Shown: in pieces, positions 24,481-37,419 of the stretch
Layout of the letters: the number at the start of each line of letters is the position of its first letter
How positions within the stretch are numbered: the first letter of the stretch is position 1
Assembly: GCA_036172245.1 (NCBI GenBank)
Contig: JAYWIR010000048.1
Coordinates: forward strand, 434,001 to 498,000
Direction of reading: 5' to 3'
Length of the DNA: 64,000 nt
DNA from: Raillietiella orientalis
Lineage: Eukaryota
Program-made: the position numbers and the translations under genes
The notes under the pieces: generated by a model
Seen by the model: the letters and a program-made list of their open reading frames with translations, nothing else
Databases searched by the model: none
Told to the model about the DNA's origin: nothing

Positions 24481-26839
24481 ATGACATTCCCGATTCGCGA
24501 TAGTAGGGCTTGTCGCAGACTGTGCCTCTGGACCGTAGAAAGGAAATTTTCAGCATGCGTCGTCTAGGATGCTCGTGATTCGCAACCAGGAGTAAGCCGG
24601 AAACGTGATCTTACGGAAAGGCATCGGTAACAAACAGATGGAATCAACGAGGCAGTCCTTGGGGGCATCTCTTTGCCACCTCTTTCCGGCTCACCTCACA
24701 TCGATTTTTACGTGAGGGTGGACAGAAACGAGAGCAAGTGGATCCTTGGCATGTGAAAAGGTCATCAGAGTCTCATTCCGAATTCCCTTGACTTCCAAGT
24801 CTTACCTGCTCTTGTAGAAGAATTTTCTTAGCGTTGTTAGGAATAGGTTATTCTAAAAAAATTTCCTAAACATCCAAAAGTTCGTACTGTCGATGCCTTG
24901 CAAGTTTCTAAGGATACTTTGCTTCATTGCACTCTCAGACGATTGATGGTAATTCTGAAGAGTACCTGGAGCAGTAGCTCGAGATAGGGTGAACAGGCCC
25001 ATGGTTGATTTGGTCCATGCTGTCTGGTTGTGCGGTTCGTCTAATCTTAACGACAAATTCATCTCCACTCTCAGCAGTGTATTTCAGCAGCCTTTCACAG
25101 TTTGGATCCATGTGAAAATATGCACGAGTGCAATGATGGGCTTGAAGACAGCAATCTGCTTCCATAGCAACGGGTCCGGCACCAGTGCCACGGTTGCAGA
25201 GGATGCTTCTTACTCTTGAATCTACACACGTTGTTATTTCGCGCCAAGCACATTCTGGAGATTTCGGTGGTAGGAACATCTTCGCGTTTCATTCTCGAGT
25301 CATTCAAAAGCATCAACTTCAGGACACCTGAATGTCGGTCCACAAGAGTGGGAAGCGTCTATCTCGAAGGTAAAATTTGTGCTCAGCATTTCAGGCTGAA
25401 GATTCCATGATCATCTTCTCTGCCGCTCGGAAGGAGGAATATGCAACCGGTTCTGCTTTGCCAGCTTCATTCTCCCTTTTCCTCCCATCATAATTTACTA
25501 TTTCATTGTTTCTGAGAAGAAAAAAATCAGTGTAATCTCATCACAGCTCTGGCTGCCGTGTTCTTCCGTGTGACTCATTTTCTCCTAGATCATCGAAAAC
25601 CCAAAGTCATTATTTGAGGAGGCGTTCAGCCAGCACCAGGCGTTCAGTAGCACCAGGTGTCGCAGATTCTCGGCCCTGCTGACTTTGTTGGTTCAGTCAT
25701 CTCAGGAGCCGAATATGTGCGCTATGACATCGTCTTGAGGAGCTTCCGGAAGGAGGAAGCATCTTTCAAAGGGCCCGTTAAGATATAGTTTCCTGAGCAA
25801 GACGGAAGCCGTCTCCCTTCCTCAGCCAGTCGACTCCAGAATTTAGGCAGCCAGCCCTGGTCCTCCAGAACGAGGAGCGAGTCAGTCTGGTCGGCAATGA
25901 TGTTGGATGACGCGCGACGAGAAAATCAAAAAAACAAGAAAAAACGTAAGAGTGCACGGAGAGCATTCTCTTCCTCCATCGTAATAATACCGCCACTGTC
26001 AGCTTGCAGACTGTGGGAAGGGAACCCAAGAGCGAAGAGATACTCATGGCATTCAGGCAGAAAGTCGGAAACGGATGATGCTATGTACCAACATCCAGCA
26101 TAGTCGAAACATTTACTAGGGACGCATGTCTGCCCACAGACCAGGATAAACAACTCTCGAGTCGCGGCGCGGCTCCCTCGAAAGGTGCCAGAAAAATCAC
26201 ATTCAACACAAGAGAACACTGCGTGGCACATGTGGAATTCAACGGAGGATACACATGTGTATGTGTGGAAAAGTCTAAAGCGGGGTCCGAATGTGTCGCC
26301 GCGGCAGGGCGAGCACCGAGTGGTCCCACCCGACGACGGGTTCAGTGCGGACGAAGGCAAACCAACGGCCCATCGCGGGTGGGTTCGCACTTCCGGGGGA
26401 GTGGCCCCCTCGGTGCAAGCCGTTGTGGTGGGGCCCCTACGGCGCAGTGGATGCGGAAAACGAGGTGCCCGAGAAGCGTCATTCCCCGTAGAGGCAAAGG
26501 GAACGCCTGAAGAAGGAGACGGCTAGAGGTAACGTCGAGCGTTCTCTGCAGATCCCCTGGGACCGCCGAGTGGACCACGCTGCAGCAAGTCTGAGGATCC
26601 GGGCGACCGTGGGGTAAGACGGGAGGACGCGGGAAATCCCCTTTCTCCCTGGAGGGCGTTTTGCTTGCAGTCTGCGCCGGACATCTCCCTCTGCATGCTC
26701 TTCGAACTTCATAAGATGGTCGGAATTTCGCGGAATCCTATAGAACTTTCCATTCTGCGAAGCGAGAATTCTCACTTGTAATATTCTGTATCCGAAATTC
26801 GAGCAGCAACAGCACTCGAGGTCTCCACTTTCCCGTTTA

Positions 26840-27570
26840 CTTTACGCGCTCATTGGGTGCCGTCGCAAGAAGTGCTTTCATCCCTTTTAGTATCTGTCCG
26901 GAGGGCCTTGCCGATCCTCGCGTTTGCCCCGATATTGCATAACTGCCTCTTAGTTTCGACTGGCATCGATTGTTTTCCAGTCCAGACTCACGTCTGAAAC
27001 ACACCCTCCACCGGTCGGAGCGCAGCTTCTCCCATCTCCATGAAAAATTCATTATCATCTGTTTTGTTGCCTGGAAGTCGTCACGCAGCGAGAGGAAGAT
27101 TTTTTTTGCGGAGAAATACGTCAGAGCGTGACAACGTTGTCTTCGAAGAGAGGAAAGGACTATCTCTGCACAAGTGACTCCACGTTCGATATGCACTGAA
27201 GCGTTTCGGTTTCGTCTTTCCTTGGTTACTGTTGCTCCGCGAAGGAGCGTTTCCAATGTATCAAAGTGAAATGGAAATTGGCTGATTATCGAAGAGTAAG
27301 ATGAGGGAATTTGGATTCAGTTTTGTTGAATGTTTCAGGGAAAGGAAAGCACATCTGTTATTTCTCATGTCCAGCTAGAAGCTTCAAGCAAACAAACAAA
27401 CGAAAATGCATCTTCTACGTCTGCATTACGAAATTGCCCTCGCATCCTTGCTGTTTGCAGCCGTCTCTCGAGATTTATTTCAAGAATTAATCTTCGTTTT
27501 TCAATCTTCTGATGCCGAGCAATCTGCAGCCAATCCCTACCTATCTGCAGCCTATCCATACGACCTTCTC
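26840..27570 (-). pseudogene. Decayed Death + TIR (MyD88-like architecture) relic
   Basis: IGRDWLQIARHQKIEKRR..NADVED (Death-domain-like, ~27390-27545), followed by IFLSLRDDFQATKQMI...RVCFRRE...ENNRC...KALLATAPNERVK (TIR-like, 26840-27110). Confidence 0.38.
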
Positions 27571-27735
27571 TCGGGCGACTTTTAGGCCACCGTGGATGGC
27601 AGGCAGTGCGAATTCTATTGCGTGAAGCTCTTGGTGTTTCAGATTTTCGGAACGAGAGACAATAGTAGCTTCCTCGAACAATGACGGAAATCCTTGAGCT
27701 CTTCTTTTTTTCTTCTGTATGCTGTTTTTCTTTCA

Positions 27736-28720
27736 GCTTTTTTTTTTTTTCTAAGAGTTTTTTTTTTTTTTGGTTCGCTAAGTACCTCAGAGTCGGTCGC
27801 GTGCCTCGCGGCGCACGTGGCTCTTTTTAAACATTAAACACTGTTTTGTTTCCACGCCCCTCCGCCCGCGGCGATCCGCAGGGGGGGGCGTGTAATTCTT
27901 CAGTGTAATATTCTTCAGGATAGGGGGCAACGCGGGATGGAGGTCCGCCCTATGAATCCAGGAAGGGCTCGGCGTCCGTTCCTCTCACGCTTGGGGAGGG
28001 ATCCCCCCCGGACGGGAAGATCGCACCTCCCACCCTGGTTGTCTCCGAAGGGGAACCCCGAAGGGAATATCTCTCCTTCCTCATTCTCTCCGGAGGGACA
28101 CCCCCCTAATGGGAGGTGGTCCTCTCCATTTCAACTTCTCCGAAGGGAACCCGGAAAGGATCCGCTAGCAGGAATTTCTTCTCCCGAGGGAACCCGCAAG
28201 GGAACCGCTCCTGTTCACTCCTTTGAAGAGAACCCCGAAGGGACTCTTCCGAAACTCAGGAGAGGCGCTGCAGCTTCCCTCAGGGAATCGCTCTCGCTTG
28301 CTTCCTTGCACTCTGTGAAGAGGCGACGACTTGGAGGGTCCCCCCGCAACGGGGAGGGTCAGCTCCTTTGAACAACTGGAGAGGTGCCCGTGATGGCTCC
28401 TGTTCCATCTTGAAACCGGAGGGGTCCCCCGGTGGGAGGGAGTCCGCTCTCCGTTGCACGACTGGAGGAGGAACTCCTTACTCCTTGATTCCTGGGAGGA
28501 CCCGAAGGTCGACTCCCATTGTTCCGGTCGTCATCGGGAGCCTAGGGGTTTTATCCACAGGCGATGCCACGCCCGGATGATTAGGCCAACCAACGCCATT
28601 GCAGGGGAAACTCGGAACCGACGGCGCAGTGGCGTCAGAGTTTCTGCCGAAGTATTCGAACCCGCGACGCACGGTGCCATGCGCGGAAGCTTCAACCACA
28701 AGGCCTCCGACGCGGGGGGC
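27736..28720 (-). mobile_element. Long SINE, copy C (near full length, poly-A tail)
   Basis: Head GCGTCGGAGGCCTTGTGG (A-box-like) ... GGGTTCGAATAC (B-box); internal ~40-bp repeats; 3' hairpin 27853-27892; TAGCGAACC plus poly-A (T runs ~27738-27771). Confidence 0.88.
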
Positions 28721-30449
28721 AGGCAGTTGCTATCCTTAAATCCGGGACACATATTGAAATTAGTACCTTATCGGTGTTTGTTTGTACACTACTAGTTCCA
28801 TCGAAGCAAATGCTAGCGATGATGCTGTGGCAAAAATTCTGCTGGATCAGGAGAGTGAGTGGCGAACCATAGACTTTTGTCTCCAACCCCGAAAAAGCGC
28901 CTGCAGCTGCTAGCCCGCGGAAGAGAACCTCCGCCCTTCATGAGCCGTGACGCTTCCGCTTCCGCCCTGGATCAGAGAAGAGGCTTCTGTTCAGCAGAGG
29001 ATCGCACTTCACTCATCCCGTGTGGGTTCCGTAGTTCCTGTCATTCACAAACCCAGTTTCCCAGTTTTCGTCGAGGGTGCTTCGATGTTCCCTCTGCACT
29101 GCAGCTGTACGCGATGTGCGGAGCTCCGGTTCTGTGCAGAATCTCTTCTCTGCTTTGTCACCTGTCCGAGATCCCCAAACCTCTCACTTTGAATTCTAGG
29201 GCAACTTTTGAAGCGCTTTCCGATGCTATGTTTCAGATGGCTAGCAACCTTCTCCGCGTCCCTGCCATACATAATCTTCGCTTCCCTTTCGACTTCATGA
29301 AAAGTACTTGCGAGTCGAAAGCAGCCCTCTGCACCGGAAGGAGAGCTCAGTTCGCGGCACAGATACGGGCCGAAGAGCCGACCAACACGTGCGGATGCTG
29401 GGACAGTCAAGATGAAACAATCCGCTCGCCGAAGGACACAATGAATTTGCACGAGTGATCATCGGTGAGGCGTCGGCTCACACGCAGCACTCTTCCTTAA
29501 TAACGGGTCCAGCGCGAAGCAATCGCTGCGGTTGCAGCGGATGTTTTTTTCGAACCCTTGAATCTGCGCACGCTGTCGTTTCGTGCCAAGCGCATCCTCG
29601 AGACTTTGGGGATGAAAGCACTTTCCGTGCTCCATCTTTGAGTAATTGACGGAGAGTGATGCAACTCCTAGCCTTTTTCTGTGGTTACCATTACCATCGA
29701 TAGCAAAAGTGCTCCTTCATAGGAAACGACAGCAGAAAAGGAACTCCAGACTTACAATAAAAGGGAATTCCTATCAATGCCTTCCCAAACATCCTCAACT
29801 TGACTTCAGCTTTCAGTGTGCAAGCACCCCGGATGACCATTACTAGAGACCACTCTATTCTGGATCGGAGCACACGCGGTTCCTGTGACCAATGCAAAAT
29901 GCGCTCTGCTGCAGCTTTCTGAGCACAATTCTAACCCAAACTAAACAGAGATAGAAATCTGCATACGGACAGAGGGAAAAAAGGCCTTGCTGGAAAGATG
30001 AGCTCTGTGAGTTGGTGTGTCCTAAGTCGGCAATGCAGTCTACACAGCCACTAGTTGAAGCTGGAAATAGGCAGCAAAGGCAGTGAATAGGTCTAATCAA
30101 TAAGTTTTAACACTTAGACGCTCGGAGCTGGGTTAACTGCAGTTAACAAGTGGCGTGACAAATTGTCTGGGTGCTCCGATTCTGCTTGAAAATGGCAAAT
30201 GAGCTGACAATTCTTGTGAGGTGGCTGCAACCAGTGCCAATCTGTTGAGCTCGGTATTCTCAACTCACATGAATGGATCAGTCGGAAAGCGGAATTTCCA
30301 TTGCAGCGCAGTGAGAGGTAAGGATAGAATCCGTTTGTTTTTTCATTCCTTCGGCGAAATCTCATTCATGCTCAACCCAGAAGTGACGTCTGTGTGGAGG
30401 ATACTGTGATTCTAGATATACTACCCTGCGCATCAACATGGAATGTAAA

Positions 30450-31800
30450 CGTGTTGACATCCTACGCATGTGAACGCACCCATGGCAGTGAGTCAGCAAT
30501 CGGTCTGGTTTTCACCCTTGGTTTGGGGAAATATACCACAGAGAGTCTATTAGAGGAAGGCACGGAACTGGCGAGCTTCTCGAAGTGCCTGTAGAATGAG
30601 GCCATCTCTGAGCGCGAACTGTTCCAGGGAAGATCGGTAAGTTCATCTGAATGCCTCAAAGCAGACCTGCATCAACAAGGTAAGAATCGTTGACAGAAAT
30701 ACAGCTCCCTGGATTCTTTGGCCCTGGAAGAGCTCCAAAAGAAGCCTGGCACATTTTTAAAGCTTAATTTGTTCTGATCACGGAACACCGTTGCCCTGTC
30801 TTGAGCTGCAGGTTATGCTGTTGAATTTTCTAACGCCACATTCAGTTTGATAAACTTGAAAGATGTAAGAAGCTTTTCTTTCTCTTCTCTTACCATCAAC
30901 CAGAAGTTAAAGGTTTACTCAGAGCCTTAAGGTCATTCTTAACTCTCAGGATTTTAATTTCGATTAGAACGCGAATTTTCCTGGCCACTATAGCAAACCT
31001 TGGATCCTCGGGCTCTTCATAATCTTACCATGGGGTCATGGGGCGAAACGAGTTTGAAGAAACGCACAATAGGCAGCCATTGATTGCTTCTTCTTGCTTT
31101 TTGCTGCTGCTCAAGAATTCCTGGCATTCATCACTGAGGCTATCATGTAGGTATTTAGTAGACACATGCCATCCTTCATGGGATTTTTTATGTTGCCATC
31201 GAGTTTGCAAAAAAGCTCATGACGCCATTTATGACAAGAAGAATGCTTGTAAGAGATTCTGTTTCCGCAGCATCACAGGGGCAAAACTCGGCAATCTGCT
31301 AGGGTTTTATCACCTCAACGTTCTCAACTTCTCAACGTGAGGAATACATTGAATCTCATCATTTTTTCCTACTGTTCATACTTTTGACGATCCCCATAGC
31401 CTGGAATGGCTTCCGTTCCTGTATGGGAAAGGATCATAAATAGCCCATTGGTGTCCTAATGGAAGCATTCGTACGTCTCTCATTTTTGTAGGTCCAGTTG
31501 GAGGGCATGCAAGGTGAAAACTTGCAACTGCTTTTCGGGCTTGCGTAGAGCCCATGCTTGTGATGAGGGCAAACCTATTCATCCGTCTAAGTGCGTACAG
31601 AAACCCCCTGAAGCTCAGTGAAGGTGCTTGATGGGATTGTCTCAATAACCATTCTGAGAAACAGTCGTGTCGGTGAGAATGTATTCTCACAAGGCTTCTT
31701 TGAATGGACACGTAACGACCGTTTACTTGCTAAGACGAGTGCCACCTTTGGGCGTTCGTCTTAAATGGGACGCAAACGAAGGCTCACGATGGGGAGCAGC
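30450..31800 (-). mobile_element. CxC-KDZ (Zisupton-like) transposase remnant
   Basis: Ordered motifs SQNGY*DNP (cf. GYWP), APSLSFRGFLYALRR (cf. PG.S..GF...L), FHLACPP (cf. F.CPAC), DTNGLFMI (cf. DE.GL...CRH), HELF/C..RW (cf. H...CQ..W), STKYL and LPW. A possible upstream cysteine cluster lies at ~32900-33100. Confidence 0.5.
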
Positions 31801-33369
31801 CGTGTTGCAACGAAACCCCAAAATATACGGTCTTTGTTCCTTCATCCATCTACCTGAGTGATGGTTTCCACTGCCTCCCAGTTTGCTTGCTCTGCGTTTC
31901 TAGGAAGGAAAAAGCATATATCTTTCCTCAGTTTGCACACCTGCTTTGACAGTTTTAACTTTTTGACCACTCACTTCAAAGGGTAGAGATGTAGGACATC
32001 CTGATTCCTAGGACTTGAGAGCATCATGACGCCAAAGTTTCGGGCAAGTAAATTGGTTGCAGTTGAAACAGATGCTTGCTCGCAGATGAAAACTCAACCT
32101 CCGAGACAAATGTTACACATTCAGCAACGGTTCGAAGTCCGTGCTTTCCCGTCCTCATCAATTGCCTGCTGTCCTTTTTTCTAGGCAGGAGAACCAGTGC
32201 GCTCTGCTAGCTTCTTAAAATTCTCTTCCCTAGACTTAGTTTCTGACAGAACTCAGCAATGATGAGGCCAGCAGTTACTGCTCTGTTTGAAGATTATCGC
32301 CCTCATCAATTCAAGTCCAAATCTCCACGTCGGGAACCGAAACAGATTGCAGAGAGGGTCGTGGGCAGCTTGCGCACTCCAAACTAAAAAAATGGTGCGG
32401 CAAATGGGCGTGTTTTGACACGATCACTGTCCTTCCCTTTCCAGATCATCAGATGTTTCTGTTTTCTGATCGATAACACGAGTGCACCTCGTCCACATGA
32501 TTGAGATTGATTGATCATTGAATCCGAAATGTATAAATACAATACATAGAGCGGAAGTAGATGAGTGTGCCGTATCATTGCATCTTGCGAATCTCGCAGG
32601 TGACTGTAAGGTGGAGGGTGTCCGAGATTAAAAAAACAGATGAAAAAAAATATATATCTATTACATGATGATGCACTTTATTGGCAGCCATATTTGGAGC
32701 ACCTCATGGAGAATATTCTCATTTCCCGAAGAACAGAAACGTTCTTTTTTAAAGAGAAGTGATTGAGAGATGGTGCTTGGCATATTAACGGACTATCCCT
32801 ATGATGCAAAAAGTGAAGACGATTGCAGTCTCTCACTGAATTTCCCATCCGAGGCAATCAAAACGGTATTGCACGTTGATACCTTGTTAGTCTCGCCACG
32901 CTCGGAGTCCCAATGATACACACCAAAAGCGTCATGAGCACAAAGCATAGATCCTTCGAGAGTGCAGAAAGAGCGCCTATGAGTCATAAACGGCACATTA
33001 GGCGGCGTCCCCAGGACTCAGGCGCCCAATTCCAAGAAGCAATTAATTCATCATCAAACATGTGCTTTTCGAAAGGAAGATACACCGCACCTCCCGTTCG
33101 AAAAGTGGCACGATCAGTGAATGATTCCCAATTCCCATTCTTAGGATCTTCAAGCTTACGACACTTAGGCTGAAAGACATGATGATGAGAAGAACCGCAC
33201 CATGGACCGTTGGGTGCTGAGCATGGGAAAAGAAGGAAACACCACGGCCACCGCAACTAAGAGCAAAGAAATCGACCTCAGGGGGTACAAAAACAGTCCT
33301 TGGGGAAGAATGGAAGCTGTTTAAGAAAATGGGAGTGAGAAGACAAAGTTTCCGAAGAAAGTTCTAGAT

Positions 33370-34140
33370 GTTGGAAAAGAACAGCAGTGAGCCGGTGGCG
33401 ACCGCAAAACAGGAACCTCCAAAAGAGGATTTTCACCTACTGCCACGCCGGGAATGGGTCCCCCTGAAGTGGCGGGAGTCGGCACCTCTGCTGTTGCACT
33501 GGGGTCTTCCCCTGCAACGCGCGCCGCCATCACTGGACGCTGGGGAGGGCGAGCCCGCACTGTCGCAGGTGCGAGTAACGGGAATCGCTCCCGCAACTGA
33601 TCGTGGACTGTGCTGCCCTCCGGCTTCTATGGGAGAGTTTCGGAACTACCTTCCGGATCCCGGTTGTCCCCCCAGGAACGTTTTACTGCTCCACTTTTGC
33701 GGGACGTCCTGCAGCCATCCGCAGCCCCAGCAGCGCTTTGTTGCATCCGCAGGAGTGTGGCGGCCTGGAGCAAAGCCAACGGAGGAAGGAACGAGAGGGA
33801 CGCCGTCCAGCTCGCAGCCTTCGCTACTGTGGATAGCGGTCAGATGGCACCGTCTGAGACCTATTCGGACGGACCTAGCTGGCATCCTGGAAGGGGTGGA
33901 GACTCCCTCCAGCAAACAGTGATCCCCTTCCAATCCTTCGGAGTGTTCTTTCTTTTTATTTTCGTTTTCTCCCATCCCCCTGCGCTGCCGAGGTGAGCCC
34001 GCCGGTCTGCGTACCGGCGACCAGGCAGGCTGACTGTAGAATTGGCTGAGGTGGGCTTCGCACCTCACCACGCTAGTTGTAAGTTTATTTTGATTAGCGA
34101 ATGCCCCGGCGTGACTGGGTGGCAGCGCTGGGACTTCTCG
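33370..34140 (+). mobile_element. LINE ORF2 3' fragment with 3'UTR and terminal stem-loop
   Basis: LLLHWGLP, PHCRRCE*RESLPQLIVDCAALRLLWESF; terminal GCCCCGGCGTGACTGGGT at 34103-34120. Confidence 0.75.
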
Positions 34141-34475
34141 GACTTGTTTCGCGGACCGTCCCGCTTCCTTTGCGAAGAGTTCAGCTTATCCCAGGGGCAA
34201 GGAGACGACGCGTGTTTCAGTGAGGCTTAAGGCGGTGAAAAGAGGTGTGTCCATATCCTTCAGGAAAGGATAACACTGTTGGCCGAAGAATAAAAGTGTA
34301 ATTTTTTTTGTTATTTATTTTTTTTTCTTACTCTCTCCCCCTTTATTTTTCCCTGTGCGGACCTCTCAAGGCGAACCGCTGGCGAGCAAGTGAATCGCCG
34401 CTGGGATCTTACCGACATAGTGGGGTGACAATTCCACGACAGAGGAACGACTTTTAGGGAGGAGGAGGGGAGAAA

Positions 34476-34526
34476 AATTATATATTTAAACTGTACACAG
34501 TTTGTGTACAGTTTAAATATATAATT
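34476..34526. repeat. Perfect 24-bp inverted repeat (3-nt loop)
   Basis: AATTATATATTTAAACTGTACACA-GTT-TGTGTACAGTTTAAATATATAATT. Confidence 0.95.
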
Positions 34527-34699
34527 CTTTTCTTTTCTTTTTTGTTTTTTTAAAATAAACTTAGGCTGCGCTTAGGATAGGTCACAGCCACTTCTACAAA
34601 GAGCTCGACGTGCGTGGGGGTAGAGCTCAAAAAAGAATTGTTTTTCGACTGCGTCGATCGGGAGCTCCTTTCGAGCTGCTGGAGCGGCTGGGCTTCCGA

Positions 34700-37030
34700 G
34701 CCAGCTTCCTCAGCCACCTGTGCTTGCCGTGTGGCTCGTGGCGGAAGTTAACGTCCTTGAAATCATCAAGTTCAGACGATCAACCAGACAGGAAGTCAGC
34801 TCGAACCCGATGCTCTTCAGCCTGTTCTTTGAGCTGATGATGAGAGCACGCGGGCACGCTCTGTCCTTCCCTCCAGCCCGACTCCAATGGGCAGACCTGG
34901 TGCAGCAATCTACGCCGGTAAGTTGCCGGCGTAAACCGCCCTGATACCTACGCTGGACCCCAGCAAACAACCTCGGGACGTTCCCAGGGGTGCAGGCGTG
35001 CAGGTGGAAAGGCAGAAATGGAAAGCCGTGGCTTGGTTCGTCGGTAGGTGCAGTTTCCTTGAGCATTCACGTGGGAGGGCCGTGACTCACCTGGGGCTAC
35101 CCGGGGAGGGTCGAGTCTGCTTGCGTGGAAAGTGCAACGCAACAGGGTTCACTGGTCCCTTTGGTGACATCTAACGGTTTTCCCCAAGAAATCTACGACA
35201 CGGAACATCCTTATGGTTCACCCATTTTCTGGTTCCCTTTTTTGTTTTGTCCCCATTCGAGTGTGCCGTCAAGTCTCCAGCCAGGTGCTCTATGGGCCTT
35301 CACCAGATCTGAGGTGCGACTGAATGACTTGGTTCCATCCCCCCACCCTCCGCCAAGACGAAAGTGTGAACCTACTCTCCTGCCACCGGATGCAGATGCG
35401 AGCATCGTTCAGGAGGCTGATCCTCTTGGCAAGGGTGTGGCAAGACTCTCTGGTGTCTCCCTTCGCGCATTCGCATTCGACAAAATACGAAGGATTGGCG
35501 TCCGTTCTCCCACACAACCGCAGGTTCGGGTGAGATCTGGGTGACCCGCTTCGCCCGATTGAGTTGCCGATGGAGGAACACGAGTGGGTCGCAGGATATC
35601 CACAGAACAGGAACGCTTTTGTGTCCCCCTCCTCCGCCCCTTATTTTTTGTTTGCCCTCCCCCTCATTTGGTGAAGATCCAGGCGCAGCACCTCCTACGC
35701 AAAGTCTTGTGGGGCGCTGCAAGGTCCCGAATCCGGCTGCGGGTGGAATTCCGACTTCTCTCCCTGTGTGGGCAATTGCGGTCTTCTCATTGGTGTGCTC
35801 CGTCACGCCACATCCTCCAGCGATGAGTTGGCAGCTCAGGACTTCTTTCTTTGCTGCCGTACAACCTACGCTGGAGAACTGGATTCGGCTACTCCCTGAA
35901 GCATTTGTTCTCTTTATTGCTAGTCCATCCGTGGATCTCCTGCCGCCCATAAACTGGAATGCCTAGCGGTAGGAAGCTCTGGAGTACTGAACTGTCACTC
36001 TGAAAGTGAGTCCAGAGGGACTGCGAACGCTGCACGATCTCCTACGCAAACCGCTGGGAGATCTGTTCCGGATAGCCGTCACACCCCTTGCCGCAGCACT
36101 GTGTGCCCTCAGAGCAAGAAGTGACGTCAGCCAACCGGCGGGGTGGGAGTTCTCCTGCAACATTTCAGGAGTCGAGAAACTCCTGGACGGCTGCAAGACG
36201 AGCGAATGGCTGGTGGACGGCGCCACTCCTCGTTTCCGGGCAAAGGGAGTCCTTCGGTGGAGTGACCTGCTTGGTGTGTCCCCACGTAGAACTCGTGGTC
36301 CCTCCCCCGTGCGTGGACACCTCCGTGTTCCCGCTCCAGTGGAAAAAGAATGTTACGCTGTTTCTGCACTGGGGCTTCCCGTGCAGCCAGCGCAGCCACC
36401 TGGTTTCCGGAGGAACTACTTCCTGCACCGTTCAAGGTACGAGGCGATGGGATCCCTCCCTCACCTCCCTTGGACTGCAATGCCCTGGAGCGCATGTGGC
36501 GAAGACTCGCTTCGGCGCTCGGTCGACCGCAGGACACTGCTTTGGACTTGCTGCGACGCTTCTTCATCGGTGGTGGGCTGAAGAAAAGCGTTGTGATCGC
36601 AACAGTCTGTTGCATCCGCGCGTTAGCGACAGTTCGCCAGTGTGTTAGAGTCAGGTCACAGCAAGGAGAGGCCACTAGGTGACCTCTATTCATCGCAAAC
36701 AAGCAGCAAGGTGGCCTCATCTGCCAGAAGAAGTTGCCAGGGAGATCACCACCATCCAGAGTCACTTCTAGAAGTAATGGAACGCCTCCAACCAAAAACC
36801 CCTATTTCCACCCTTCTGGCTTTTTTGAATTATTTATTGTCTCCTCCCTCCGTTGCCTACTATTTAGAAGCCGGCTTGCATGCCAGTGGCTATCCCGGAT
36901 GAACTTTTTTGTCACTTCTCTTTTTTTTTTTTTTTCACTTCTCGTTTTTGTTGGTGACTCTTTTCCCCTCCTTCCTTGTGGTTTGTTTTTTTTCAAAAGA
37001 AATGTTCCGACGTCACCGGATAAAAACCAA
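34700..37030 (+). mobile_element. L1/Tx1-like LINE ORF2 remnant (RT to 3' end)
   Basis: TRQEVSSNPMLFSLFFELMMR (RT RQG..LSP.LF), LQWADL, WEFSCNISG, LRWSDLLG, LDCNALERMWRRLA, T-rich 3'UTR, degenerate terminal motif at 37001-37022. Confidence 0.8.
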
Positions 37031-37099
37031 ACAGGAGAGCTTAGCGGCAGGAATCAATGGGAAACGTGGATGCGTGTGGAAAGTCCAACTCTCTTGAGC

Positions 37100-37410
37100 A
37101 GCAACGCCATCTAGGAAAACTCTCCCTTGTAGGAATACTGGACGATGTTGGCCCACTTCCCAGATCTCAGTGTGTGACCATGGAGGACGCCATACTTCTG
37201 TTGCTTCACCGTTGGGATCAGCAGAAAGGCAGTACTCCTGCAGCGTGGGAAATGACATGCAGTATCTTCAGGGTCACCAAATCCATTGGAGAGAGGAAAA
37301 GGTCTTGGCTGGATGACAAAGACCTCGCCAAAGGACTCGCAAAAACGAATGGAGGGGACCATCCTCAGCACTTCGCGTGGAAAACGTCAAGATGCTGTGC
37401 TTCCTGATGG
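37100..37410 (+). mobile_element. LINE ORF2 post-RT fragment
   Basis: PAAWEMTCSIFRVTKSIG is homologous to PAGWEFSCNISGVEKLLDG at ~36135. Confidence 0.6.
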
Positions 37411-37419
37411 CCCTCTTCT

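Noticed and set aside
24850..25350. Possible CxC5-type cysteine cluster of a third KDZ element
   Set aside because: Only vague resemblance (CRTRCY, RAYF); no catalytic motifs found.
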